Sequence record: SRR20825006_2271
Length of the DNA stretch: 64,000 nucleotides
Strand: one strand, 5' to 3'
Every line of letters begins with the position of its first letter. Position 1 is the first letter of the stretch. Below the pieces are notes generated by a model. It did not search any database, was not told the DNA's origin, and saw only the letters and a list, made by a program, of their open reading frames with translations. The position numbers and the translations under genes were made by a program. Shown piece after piece: positions 8,629 to 18,717 of this stretch.

Positions 8629-9702
8629 TTAAAAAACCTCATTCAATACACCCCATAAATCATTATCATAAGAAGTAGGGCCTAAATCCTCAGAATAGGC
8701 CGCCGGCCCTAATCTTACAATAACCATTTTTTTACTGGGAATCACGTAAAGCTTTTTATCGTTGGCGCCTAAACCGGCAATAAGATTATCAGGCGCGTTA
8801 GGAATTAGTTTTCCGGTAAAGGTTTGTGTAGAACCCGGAAGTTGATAACTAGCTTTTCCATTAAGCCACCAGAGATATCCATAAGCCGGATTGCGCTCTT
8901 GCGATGTGGTGGTCATGGCTTCATAATATGCGCTATTTAGCAATTGGTTTCCATTCCAACTTCCTTGATTCAAATTAAGTAAGCCAAAACGCGTCATACT
9001 TCGCGCCGTACTAAAGTAGACGTTGTTATAACCTAAGCTTACCCAGCGCCCATCGAGACCTATTTGAGTCTTTAATTCATTTTCAAAAAAAGCTTCAAAA
9101 CCCTTGGGTGTTGCAGCATCTAACACCGGTTGAAGCAAGGTGTAATATGCGTTATAATAATACCATTCGGTATCGGGAGCAGTTTTAAAGTGTAAGCATT
9201 CATAATCATAGCACGCGGTATTCTCAGCGGTAAAATCACCTCCCGAAGTCATCGTGAGTTGATTTTTTATCAGAATAGCATCTTCTTGTTCGGCAGTCAT
9301 GGAGGTCCATCCACGGCCTAAATACGCGGTGGTTTTATCGTTGAGATCCAGTAAATTTTGCTGAGCAGCAATGCCGACTGTAAAAGCCGTCAGGGTTTTT
9401 CCGGCGGAATTCCAGGGAAAAACATCCGTTGCTGTTTTTCCATTAAAGTAAGCTTCATAAGCGATTTTTCCGTTTTGTAGTATCAAAAATGCTTCGGTAT
9501 GCGTTGAAGCCAAAAAGCTTTCTAATTCAGCCATTTTAGCGGTATTCCAACCTAGGTCGGTCGGATCGCTCGTGGCCCACTCAGTTCCGCTTAGCGGCGG
9601 AAAATAAAGCGTTTCATCTGTAGGATTTTCGGGAGCATTGGTTTCATCAGAAGAACAAGCGATTAACCCTAATACCATCAGCATAAAAAATAAAGCTCTC
9701 AT
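8629..9702 (-). CDS. Serine hydrolase (beta-lactamase/AmpC-like family) lipoprotein
   Basis: SxxK (SAGK), LTMTSG, YYYN, YGYLWW; lipobox LIAC. Confidence 0.85.
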   Translation of the reverse strand: MRALFFMLMVLGLIACSSDETNAPENPTDETLYFPPLSGTEWATSDPTDLGWNTAKMAELESFLASTHTEAFLILQNGKIAYEAYFNGKTATDVFPWNSAGKTLTAFTVGIAAQQNLLDLNDKTTAYLGRGWTSMTAEQEDAILIKNQLTMTSGGDFTAENTACYDYECLHFKTAPDTEWYYYNAYYTLLQPVLDAATPKGFEAFFENELKTQIGLDGRWVSLGYNNVYFSTARSMTRFGLLNLNQGSWNGNQLLNSAYYEAMTTTSQERNPAYGYLWWLNGKASYQLPGSTQTFTGKLIPNAPDNLIAGLGANDKKLYVIPSKKMVIVRLGPAAYSEDLGPTSYDNDLWGVLNEVF

Positions 9703-9785
9703 AGTCAGAAGGTTTAAGAATCCACTAATTTAAGATATAAAAGCCTTAAAATACCGTATCTTTGCGCCCCAAAATAAAGAGCATT

Positions 9786-11093
9786 ATGCGTACTAAAACC
9801 CTTAAGAAGAATAAAATAAACGTGGTGACTTTAGGTTGTTCTAAAAACGTTTATGATAGTGAAGTGTTGATGGGCCAATTACGTGCAAACAACAAAGAGG
9901 TGGTGCACGAGGAAGAAGGTAATGTGGTGGTGATCAATACCTGTGGTTTTATCGCTAATGCTAAAGAAGAATCTGTAAATACCATTCTTGATTATGTGCA
10001 GAAAAAAGAAGATGGTGTAGTAGATAAAGTTTTTGTTACAGGCTGTCTTTCTGAGCGTTATAAGCCCGATTTGCAGAAGGAAATTCCTAATGTAGATCAG
10101 TACTTTGGGACTACAGAATTGCCAGGTTTACTAAAAGCTTTAGGTGCAGACTACAAGCACGAATTGATAGGTGAGCGTCTTACCACCACGCCTAAAAACT
10201 ACGCTTATTTAAAAATTGCAGAAGGTTGCGACCGCCCTTGTTCGTTTTGCGCGATTCCGTTAATGCGCGGAGGACACAAGAGTACGCCAATTGAACATTT
10301 AGTAACTGAAGCTGAAAAACTTGCTGCAAACGGGATTAAAGAATTGATTCTAATTGCACAAGATTTAACCTATTACGGACTAGATCTGTACAAAGAGCGG
10401 GCGTTGGCAAAATTATTACGCGAATTAGTAAAGGTGGAAGGGATTGAGTGGATTCGCTTACACTATGCATTTCCTACCGGTTTCCCGATGGATGTGCTTG
10501 ATGTGATGAATGAGGAGCCAAAAGTGTGTTTTTACTTAGATATTCCGTTGCAGCATATTTCGACTAAATTGTTAAAGTCGATGCGTCGTGGAACCACCTA
10601 TGAAAAGACTAATGCATTGCTGAAAACCTTTAGAGAAAGAGTGCCGCAAATGGCGATCAGAACTACTCTGATCGTGGGTTATCCAGGCGAAACTCAAGAA
10701 GATTTTGAGTTGCTGCGCGATTGGGTAAAAGAGATGCGTTTTGAGCGTTTAGGTTGTTTTACTTACTCACACGAAGAAAATACCCACGCCTATACTCTTG
10801 AAGATGATGTTCCCGAAGAGGTAAAAATGGAACGTGCTAATGAGATTATGGCGATACAATCGCAAATTAGTTGGGAATTGAATCAGGAAAAAATAGGAAA
10901 GGAATACCGCATCGTCATTGACCGAAAAGAAGGAAATTACTTCGTAGGCCGTACCGAATTTGATTCACCAGACGTAGATAACGAGGTGCTTATAGATGCT
11001 ACTCAGCATTATTTGAAAACGGGCGAATATGTTACTGTAACTATCACTGATGCAGAAGATTTTGATCTGTACGCTGCGCCGGTAAGTAAATAA
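9786..11093 (+). CDS. rimO: Ribosomal protein S12 methylthiotransferase RimO
   Basis: TLGCSKN, INTCGFI, CDRPCSFC radical-SAM motif, TRAM domain with SPDVDN. Start moved to ATG 9786 because the track's TTG 9762 lies inside the TATCTTTG -7 box (9757-9764). Confidence 0.95.
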   Translation: MRTKTLKKNKINVVTLGCSKNVYDSEVLMGQLRANNKEVVHEEEGNVVVINTCGFIANAKEESVNTILDYVQKKEDGVVDKVFVTGCLSERYKPDLQKEIPNVDQYFGTTELPGLLKALGADYKHELIGERLTTTPKNYAYLKIAEGCDRPCSFCAIPLMRGGHKSTPIEHLVTEAEKLAANGIKELILIAQDLTYYGLDLYKERALAKLLRELVKVEGIEWIRLHYAFPTGFPMDVLDVMNEEPKVCFYLDIPLQHISTKLLKSMRRGTTYEKTNALLKTFRERVPQMAIRTTLIVGYPGETQEDFELLRDWVKEMRFERLGCFTYSHEENTHAYTLEDDVPEEVKMERANEIMAIQSQISWELNQEKIGKEYRIVIDRKEGNYFVGRTEFDSPDVDNEVLIDATQHYLKTGEYVTVTITDAEDFDLYAAPVSK

Positions 11094-11125
11094 AAGGTTA
11101 TCTTTAGGAATATATATTCCTAGAG

Positions 11126-11566
11126 ATGAAAGCGATCACATCTAAAATTCATAAAAAGCAGCGCAATGCGCTGATAGTTTACGGGCTTTTTTACTTGATA
11201 ATGGGTATCATCCCACAATTTAATGAGGAGTCTTCTTTAGTTTCTTGGAGTTATATCTTCGTTGGCGTCGTTATGCTAGGCACTATTGGCTATCAAGCGT
11301 ATAAAGGCAATTACTTTTCCATCATAAAATGGAATGATAATATTTTAGCTTTTAAAAGCCCTGAATCTAAATTCGTTCAGTTTAAACGTAGCGCAATTAA
11401 ATCGGTTAAATTAACTGATAAAAGTCTTACCATAAATGCCGGACTAGGCGATGGCGAAATGTTAGATCTTGATTATTTTAAAGCAGAAGATCTGGAGTTT
11501 TTTAAAAAGGACTTTGTAGAAGGCGGGCTTACTGAGGCTGAAGCTTATAATCTAGCGGAAGCGTAA
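11126..11566 (+). CDS. Hypothetical membrane protein (two TM helices + soluble C-terminus)
   Basis: Two hydrophobic segments; no recognised motif. Overlaps the convergent gene by 38 bp. Confidence 0.65.
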   Translation: MKAITSKIHKKQRNALIVYGLFYLIMGIIPQFNEESSLVSWSYIFVGVVMLGTIGYQAYKGNYFSIIKWNDNILAFKSPESKFVQFKRSAIKSVKLTDKSLTINAGLGDGEMLDLDYFKAEDLEFFKKDFVEGGLTEAEAYNLAEA

Positions 11567-12530
11567 ACGCAAACCTTCGGTATGACATTGCTCCACTCAT
11601 TATAACAGCACTGGGCGGGCTATGATTGCCAAAAGCATCAATGACAAAAGTTTCGTTAGCTTGTATTGAAGATTGCTCGGCGTTGTCATAAAGAATGCTT
11701 AAAGCCTCTACATCGAGTTTGACGTAAGTGCGGTCTAAAATTTTTCTGAACTCAAAATGCAGGTAGGGCGGGGTTTCAAACTTCTTGTAAAATATTCTAA
11801 AGTTATTTTCGTGTAATTGCTTTTGAGCCAAAGCGCGCATAAAATGCAATACAGAGCCATTGTAAGAGTCTTCCCGATTCTTTAGAAATTTTCTACGTGT
11901 TTTTTCTTTCAGTTCTTGAAAAAAGCTGAATCCCTCGTAATATACCATATTCATAATAGGATATTGTATAGATCTTCCCTTATCGTAAGCCACATAAAAA
12001 TCAGTCAGGGTGTATCTTATGGTGTATCCCAGGTGCTTATTTTCTATAATAAGCGGCTCGTTAGCCCAGGCGGAAAGCTTCAGTTTTGATGGACTGTAGT
12101 GCAATCCTAACGCATCTTCATTTAAAATGCGACACTTTTGTGCTTCGGGTGAATTCCCCAGAAATTGCGTTCTGAAAACGTCAAGTTTACGTTGCCTCGA
12201 CCACGGATCGGTTTCTAAAAAGACCTGATCTAAGGTTTCGGTTTTCTCAGAAAGGTAAACAGGCGGCATGGCGCCATTTGCAAATTTATTAAGGTAGACA
12301 GGGGCATAGCCCATCATCGTAATCACTAAAGGACTCGTAATGCCTTTTTGAACAGGAATACTGTAATGACCATTTTTATTGGTAATGGTGCCTACGGTAG
12401 TCCCATCAAAATAGACACTAGCAGCTTCTAATACAGTAGAGTCTTTTGCACTGTACACATAGCCCTCTAAGCGTTGTTGACCAAATAAAGAACCCGAAAG
12501 AATTACTAGCAAGAGGAAACGATAATGCAT
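11529..12530 (-). CDS. Secreted protein with carboxypeptidase-regulatory-like N-terminal domain
   Basis: Signal peptide; ASVYFDGTTVGTITN..G.Y, MMGY, L.QV pattern. Confidence 0.78.
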   Translation of the reverse strand: MHYRFLLLVILSGSLFGQQRLEGYVYSAKDSTVLEAASVYFDGTTVGTITNKNGHYSIPVQKGITSPLVITMMGYAPVYLNKFANGAMPPVYLSEKTETLDQVFLETDPWSRQRKLDVFRTQFLGNSPEAQKCRILNEDALGLHYSPSKLKLSAWANEPLIIENKHLGYTIRYTLTDFYVAYDKGRSIQYPIMNMVYYEGFSFFQELKEKTRRKFLKNREDSYNGSVLHFMRALAQKQLHENNFRIFYKKFETPPYLHFEFRKILDRTYVKLDVEALSILYDNAEQSSIQANETFVIDAFGNHSPPSAVIMSGAMSYRRFAFTLPLDYKLQPQ

Positions 12531-12573
12531 AAAAAAACTATTACTGCAGTTATAAAACTACAATAATAGTTTT
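12531..12573 (-). terminator. Terminator-like hairpin after the M16 peptidase gene
   Basis: 18-bp stem that pairs fully only on the minus strand (two G.U pairs), followed by a T run. Confidence 0.65.
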
Positions 12574-12594
12574 CAAATCTATCTAAATAAAGCT

Positions 12595-15453
12595 TTATTT
12601 CTTCAAAGCTTCTTGAGCCTCAAGATTTTGGTTTACTAACTTCACCTCGAGTCCTAAATCCTGCACTTTTTTAAGTTGGGTTTTAGCATCACCTACAATC
12701 ACATAGATGAGTTTTTCAGGATCAGCATAGGTGTTTGCCAGTTCTTTGATCTGATCTAGAGTAATCTCTTTTACAGTTTCCTGCTGATCTAAAATATAAT
12801 CAGGCTCAAAATCAAGCGTCGCGATTTCGGTAAGATAGCCCAGTTTTGCATACGGAGTTTCAAAACTTCGAGCATTACTTTTAATAAAATAGCCTTTAGT
12901 CAACTCTAAGTCATCTGCATTGAAATCTTCAGCATAACTACGCATAATCTCTCTAACAAGCTGCGTGCTTTCTGCAGTCACATTACTACGTACTCCACTG
13001 CTCACGATGAATGGACCGGGGAGGGCAGAACCTGCAAATCTAGATCGCACACCATAGGTGTAGCCTTTGGTCTCGCGCAACATCTGTGTAAGTTCACTTG
13101 CAAAGCCACCACCACCTAGGCGATAATTCATCATTTGCGCCGGCAGAAAATCAGGATCTTTAGCCGAAAGTGCTGCATAGCCAAATCTCAACTGTGATTG
13201 TTTAGCTCCGGGAACATCAATAAAATACACCATTCCACGCTCTAAATTGGCTTGCACAATAGGCATTTTAAGGCTAATATCTTTCGATTTCCATTCTTGG
13301 GTTAATGGAGCCAAGGCAGTAGTAATGCTACTTTCATCAAGAGCACCTACTACTTCAATAGTAGAAAGATTAGGAGCATAGGTTTCATAAAATTGCTTTA
13401 CATCTTCAAGGCTTAATGCTTCAACTGAAGCAGTTGTGCCAAGAATATTCTTAGACAGTGTATGATCTGGGCCGTAGATCGCTTTAGCAAAAGCGAGGTC
13501 AGCGATACTGCCGGGATCTGCTTTTTGCTGCTCTAAGCTCGTGAGCACATTTTTTTTCGCTATCTGAAATTCTTCAGCATCCCAGCGTGGAGTCAAAAGC
13601 ATTTCAGAAACCAGTTGGATTGTTTTATCAAAATTTCGTGCGAGTGTTGTTCCGCTTAGGGTTGTGGCTTCTTGACCAGCGTAAACCCGTACCGATGCAC
13701 CCAATATATCTAGCGCTTCTTCTAACTGCGCTGTAGTTTTATTTTGAGTTCCTTTAGTAAGAAGTTCTGCAGTAAGATTAACCACGCCACTTTGATTCTC
13801 AGGCTCGCTGATCTGACCTCCGGCGATGGTTATTGCAAAATTTATAAGCGGAACTTCAGTATTTTCTATCCCATAAATTTTGAGTCCGTTTTCTAATTCT
13901 TTTTCCCAAACTTCAGGAACTTTAAGCTCCGGACTTTCGCCATAAGGTGGCTCAACGGTGCGGTCAAAAGAAGAAGGGGTGCGCTCATACTCGGCAGCAA
14001 TTGAAGGATCAAAAGTTTCTTCGGCGCCGTTTACAATTTTTTCTTCTACAACCTCTGCTTCCTGAGCGTCAGCAAGGGCAAGTGTTGCTTCACCCTTGGG
14101 TACAAAACTGGTTACAACATAATTTTTATTTTTGATGTAGGCTTCATAAACACGCTGAACATCTTCAAGGCTTACTTTTTGAATCTGCTTAATATCTTCA
14201 TTGATATAGCCCGGACTTCCGGCAAAAATTTGATATTGTGCCAACTGAAATCCTTTACCCAAAACGCTGCTCAGTCCGTTGTAAAAGCGGGTTTCCTGTT
14301 TGGCTTTGATACGCTCCAAATCTTCTGCGGTCATTCCGTTACTTTCAAAAAGTGCCAAAGCCTGATCGATTCCCACTTTAACCGAATCAAGATCAACACC
14401 TGAATTAGCGCGTACACTCAAACTGATTTCTCCGGCGAGTTCTGAGCCGCTGTAGTACATTCTAGGGTTAGAAGCTAGCTGAAGTTCGTCAATAAGTACC
14501 GTGTTAAGCGGCGCTTTTTTTCCGTCAGATAAGTATGTGGTTAAAACTTCTAGCGCATATGAATCTTCTGTGTATTCTGGAGTTGCCGGCCAAGTCATTG
14601 TAAGTTGAGGCAGGCGGGCAAAATTATCTTCGTAATATAAGTTCTTGTTTTCAGTAAGCTGCGGAATTTGTTTCTCGAGAGGCGCTATGGCTTCGCCACG
14701 AGGAATCTCACCAAAATACTTCTTGATCCATTCTTTAGTTTGTGCTGTATCAAAATCTCCGGCAATAGTCAAGGTTACATTATTAGGAACATACCAGCGG
14801 TTGTAAAATTCTTTGACATCGGCAAGGGTTGCATTTTGCAAATCTTCTAAAGAACCGATCACTTGCCAGTTGTAAGGATGGTCTTTAGGATATAGATTTT
14901 TATGAATCACATAACGCTCGTGACCATAAGGGCGGTTGTCATAGCTTTGGCGCTTTTCGTTTTTTACGACTTGCTTTTCTTTAGCCAATACAGGATCAGT
15001 CACGGTATTGATAAAGTAGCCTAATTTATCAGCTTCTGCCCAAATCATTTTTTCTAAGGCATCGCTAGGCACAGTCTGAAAGTAATTGGTACGATCTCTG
15101 TTGGTTGAGCCATTAGCGCCGCTACCACCTACGCGTGCGCTCAATTGGTCAAGACCACCTTTTCCTAAATTTTCAGATTCTAGAAAAAGTAAGTGCTCAA
15201 AAAGATGCGAAAAACCTGTACGGCCTTCCTTCTCACGTGCAGATCCTACGTGTGCCGTGAGTGCAACACCAACCACTGGATCTGAAGTATCTTTATGCAA
15301 AATTACCGTCAGACCATTGTCTAGGGTATATTCTTCATAATCAACTTTAAAATCGGTTTCAGTAGTGTTAGATTCAGGCTTAGTCTTTTTCTCTTGATCA
15401 CACGCGATAAAACTAAAGCTCAGGAGCAATAGGTGTAAAAATGTATTTTTCAT
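12595..15453 (-). CDS. M16 family zinc peptidase (insulinase/PqqL-like) lipoprotein
   Basis: HxxEH (HLFEH), NGST..DRTNY, duplicated M16 module; lipobox FIAC. Confidence 0.93.
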   Translation of the reverse strand: MKNTFLHLLLLSFSFIACDQEKKTKPESNTTETDFKVDYEEYTLDNGLTVILHKDTSDPVVGVALTAHVGSAREKEGRTGFSHLFEHLLFLESENLGKGGLDQLSARVGGSGANGSTNRDRTNYFQTVPSDALEKMIWAEADKLGYFINTVTDPVLAKEKQVVKNEKRQSYDNRPYGHERYVIHKNLYPKDHPYNWQVIGSLEDLQNATLADVKEFYNRWYVPNNVTLTIAGDFDTAQTKEWIKKYFGEIPRGEAIAPLEKQIPQLTENKNLYYEDNFARLPQLTMTWPATPEYTEDSYALEVLTTYLSDGKKAPLNTVLIDELQLASNPRMYYSGSELAGEISLSVRANSGVDLDSVKVGIDQALALFESNGMTAEDLERIKAKQETRFYNGLSSVLGKGFQLAQYQIFAGSPGYINEDIKQIQKVSLEDVQRVYEAYIKNKNYVVTSFVPKGEATLALADAQEAEVVEEKIVNGAEETFDPSIAAEYERTPSSFDRTVEPPYGESPELKVPEVWEKELENGLKIYGIENTEVPLINFAITIAGGQISEPENQSGVVNLTAELLTKGTQNKTTAQLEEALDILGASVRVYAGQEATTLSGTTLARNFDKTIQLVSEMLLTPRWDAEEFQIAKKNVLTSLEQQKADPGSIADLAFAKAIYGPDHTLSKNILGTTASVEALSLEDVKQFYETYAPNLSTIEVVGALDESSITTALAPLTQEWKSKDISLKMPIVQANLERGMVYFIDVPGAKQSQLRFGYAALSAKDPDFLPAQMMNYRLGGGGFASELTQMLRETKGYTYGVRSRFAGSALPGPFIVSSGVRSNVTAESTQLVREIMRSYAEDFNADDLELTKGYFIKSNARSFETPYAKLGYLTEIATLDFEPDYILDQQETVKEITLDQIKELANTYADPEKLIYVIVGDAKTQLKKVQDLGLEVKLVNQNLEAQEALKK

Positions 15454-15458
15454 AGTAG

Positions 15459-16025
15459 TTAATCTAGAGCGCTTTCGGCACCCGGTGTATTTTTATCTTC
15501 TTCTAATTTTTCCATCTCTTCAAAAAACTCTTCCGGCTTCATAATACGCATCGTTTTTTGAACAACAATGGTATTTGATAAGGTGTAAACGTGGTTGTCT
15601 TTATTCCGCAGGTGCAAAAAGAATAAGGTAATATTCTCAACACGTCCTGACATTGGAAAATCCTTGTCTACGATCTCTACGTAATCACCAATTTTGAGCG
15701 GATGATTAAAAAACAAAATTAAGCCGGAAGTGATATTGCAAAGCAAAGACCACTGCGCAAAAAAGGCAACTCCTAAAATAGTAATTACAGATCCAATTCC
15801 GGCAATTACATCTTGTCCCGAAAGTCCCCAGATCACTGCTAGACAGAATCCTAGTACCATAAAGAATAGAATGTTCAGGACCTTTATGGTGAGTTGTTTG
15901 CGGGTGATATCAAAATTAGCACGCCTGTATCTGCTTACGATAAGTTTTGAAACGACGTAGCGAATAATGCCTAAAACAAATAGGAGAATCAGGCTTTCAA
16001 TAAGTTTGAATTCGAGTGGAGTCAA
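15459..16025 (-). CDS. Small-conductance mechanosensitive channel (MscS) family protein
   Basis: Three TM helices, then NITSGLILFFNHPLKIGDYVE..G.VENI. Confidence 0.85.
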   Translation of the reverse strand: MTPLEFKLIESLILLFVLGIIRYVVSKLIVSRYRRANFDITRKQLTIKVLNILFFMVLGFCLAVIWGLSGQDVIAGIGSVITILGVAFFAQWSLLCNITSGLILFFNHPLKIGDYVEIVDKDFPMSGRVENITLFFLHLRNKDNHVYTLSNTIVVQKTMRIMKPEEFFEEMEKLEEDKNTPGAESALD

Positions 16026-16030
16026 GGTAT

Positions 16031-18502
16031 TTATTTTCTGTAATTATTGGGGTTATTAAGGAATAAGGCGTTTGCAAAGAATAGTTTTCCATTTTCCCAG
16101 AAGGCTCTAAAAAGAGGATCGTCAACCATATACGTGATCGTTCCGCGGCCCATAGGTTCTACGCCAAATACTAAACTGTTGCTTAGATCTTTTAAAGCTG
16201 CTTTGCCTGCAAAACCAGATACGCGTTTAGGTTCAGCATCTAAATAGCCTACATTGTAACCTCGATCTAAAAGCGCATAAGCATCGCTACCTATTTTTAA
16301 GCTGTAATAGGTGTCTGAATATCCAAATGCTAACGGATGTGTCGTATCTATATTGGTTTTAAAAATACTACCACTGATCAGGTTTTTAGCGCTTTCTTTT
16401 TGACGATCTGCATAAGCGATAGTTTTCGCGGTGATGGTGTCTTTTGGCGCTTCGGTGATCGCAGTTTTTAGATTGAATCCTTCCTGATCTGCAAATACAC
16501 GTAGCGCGTTATCAATAGCGATTAGATTTCCGCCACTGCGTACCCAAGCTCTTAAATCTTGTAGCACATTATCACCAAAATTATACCTTCCGCTAGGCAA
16601 GACTAAAACATCATAATCACTCCAATTGATGCGCCCTAAATCTGAAGCATCTATAGCAGTAACAGGGTAGTGTAATTGCTGCTCAAAGAAATGCCAAGTA
16701 GCACCGTAGCTCAATGAAGAAGTTTGCTCGCCGGTAAGCACGCCAATTTTTGCTTTATTAATAAGCTTTACAGCAGAAGAACCAAAGTCTGGACCTGCAG
16801 TCGCAAAACTTGTAGGTACTGAGGTAATTGAGCGCTCAAACTCATTAGCGATCGCCACTAGATCAGTGTCAAAATTTTCTGAAGGATTATCGCTACGCGT
16901 GATAATCAAACTTCCGCTAGGATAATCTACCGTGCTGTTAGTAAAGGCTTCTTCTGTAAAACGCACTTTAATCCCCGCCTGAAGTAAGGCGCTTAAAAAG
17001 CGTGCGTCTCGCATACTATTCCATTTTGCAATATATCCTGCTGCGCTTTTAGAGACTGAATTTTGAGTAGATGAAGCAACATATTCTGAAGCTGAAGATG
17101 CACCTTTAGTACTGGCAACAGCATCTAAACCATAAGCATACGGTAAACTCCAAGCGGTGATATCATAGGTTAGGGGTGTTGTCAAAACTGCTTCGGGCTC
17201 AAACAGAACGTGAACTAGTTTCCCTTTAGGCTGATCAGTACTTAGCGTTATTGCTTTAGGGTAGCTCAGCGAAGTTTTATCTGCATCGCCATAAGCGGTA
17301 CCTGATGCTTTACCCGCACCGGTGAAAGAATATTCAATTTGGTGAATGTCTAACAAAGCAGCAAGCGCATTGAGATGATCAAGTTCGCCGGTAAGCGTAA
17401 ATGTTTTAAACTCAACGTCAGGGTTGCTGTAATACGTGTTGAATTCAGTATTTAGACGCTCAACGTTTTTCGCAGCAACTTCCACAGTAGAAAGTCCGGT
17501 GGTAAAGTGATGCGCAACACGATCTACTAACGTAAGAATGGTACCGTCTGCTTTTTCAATTCCTAAGCCTGCGCGGCCGCCACCAGCTTGCTCATACGTC
17601 ATCCCAATGGTTCCCGTGTAAGTCGGGTAAGTGTCCCCGTAACTAGGGTAGAGAAGGTCAAAAACTTCTCGGGTAAAAAATAACCATCCGTTTTCATCAA
17701 AGTATTTTGCGTTATTTGTACCTATTTCACGCTGAAATTCAAACTGAAATGGCGTAATGATCTCGTGATAAGGTTCAGCAGCCGGAGCAAAATAATACGG
17801 ACTGTTGATCCCTTGTTCGTGAAAATCTACGTGAATATGCGGCATCCACGTATTGTAAACTTTTAATCGTTGCTGGGTCTCTACCTGAGTCGCCCAAGCC
17901 CAGTCGCGGTTGAGATCAAAAAGGTAATGATTGGCGCGCCCGCCCGGCCACGGTTCGTTATGCTCAGCCGCATCAGGATTGGTGTCATACGGTGTAGCTT
18001 TAACTTTATTGTACCAGTTGGCATAGCGGTCGCGTCCGTCAGGATTGACACAAGGATCTATGATTACCACAGTATTTTGCAGCCAATCTTTCTTAGTAGT
18101 GATAAGTTCGTATAGCGTAAGCATAGAAGCTTCGGTGCTACTAGCCTCGTTACCGTGCACGTTATAACTGAGCCAAACGATCGCTTTATCAGGCGAAGCA
18201 CTTCCTTCAGTTAAACCGGCATTTTTAAGTTGGTTAGTACGTATCGTTTCAATATTCGCCTGATTTTCGGGCGTGGTGATCACGGCATAGGTTAATGGTC
18301 TGCGTTCATTGGTTTTTCCATATTCATCAAACGTAACCCAATCAGAATGTTCTGCGACATATTTAAAATAGGCCACAACATCAGCGTGTCTTGAAAATTG
18401 GGTGCCAACTTGATAACCTAAAAATTCTTCAGGTGATTTTAAGTCTTGAGCTACGGAAAGAATAGAAAAAAGAAAAGCGAAAAGATAAGTAAACTTGTGC
18501 AT
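16031..18502 (-). CDS. M14 zinc carboxypeptidase family protein with C-terminal glutamine-amidotransferase-like domain
   Basis: HGNE, NPDG, DLNRDW, DFHE; signal peptide. Confidence 0.88.
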   Translation of the reverse strand: MHKFTYLFAFLFSILSVAQDLKSPEEFLGYQVGTQFSRHADVVAYFKYVAEHSDWVTFDEYGKTNERRPLTYAVITTPENQANIETIRTNQLKNAGLTEGSASPDKAIVWLSYNVHGNEASSTEASMLTLYELITTKKDWLQNTVVIIDPCVNPDGRDRYANWYNKVKATPYDTNPDAAEHNEPWPGGRANHYLFDLNRDWAWATQVETQQRLKVYNTWMPHIHVDFHEQGINSPYYFAPAAEPYHEIITPFQFEFQREIGTNNAKYFDENGWLFFTREVFDLLYPSYGDTYPTYTGTIGMTYEQAGGGRAGLGIEKADGTILTLVDRVAHHFTTGLSTVEVAAKNVERLNTEFNTYYSNPDVEFKTFTLTGELDHLNALAALLDIHQIEYSFTGAGKASGTAYGDADKTSLSYPKAITLSTDQPKGKLVHVLFEPEAVLTTPLTYDITAWSLPYAYGLDAVASTKGASSASEYVASSTQNSVSKSAAGYIAKWNSMRDARFLSALLQAGIKVRFTEEAFTNSTVDYPSGSLIITRSDNPSENFDTDLVAIANEFERSITSVPTSFATAGPDFGSSAVKLINKAKIGVLTGEQTSSLSYGATWHFFEQQLHYPVTAIDASDLGRINWSDYDVLVLPSGRYNFGDNVLQDLRAWVRSGGNLIAIDNALRVFADQEGFNLKTAITEAPKDTITAKTIAYADRQKESAKNLISGSIFKTNIDTTHPLAFGYSDTYYSLKIGSDAYALLDRGYNVGYLDAEPKRVSGFAGKAALKDLSNSLVFGVEPMGRGTITYMVDDPLFRAFWENGKLFFANALFLNNPNNYRK

Positions 18503-18717
18503 ACAATTATAGGGTTAGTAAGCGGTAAATCTACTAAAATTGTGATTAAGTGATGTCTGCGAATTAACGTAAATTTGTGGCATAAACTCGGTTAAGACTA
18601 GTAGTTTTGCAATCATTTTGTGATTGTTAATTTCAGCAGTTTAAATAACTTAAAAAGTAAAATTTGCTGTGATAAATTAGGAATTTCCTAATCAGTTTTT
18701 TTTTGAAACCTTTATCA

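Noticed and set aside
12595-15453. Second half of the M16 peptidase lacks HxxEH
   Set aside because: This is the normal architecture for two-module M16 peptidases, not decay.
18696-18704. T9 tract as a phase-variation switch
   Set aside because: It lies outside the likely coding start (ATG 18718) and outside a promoter spacer; a terminator tail explains it better.
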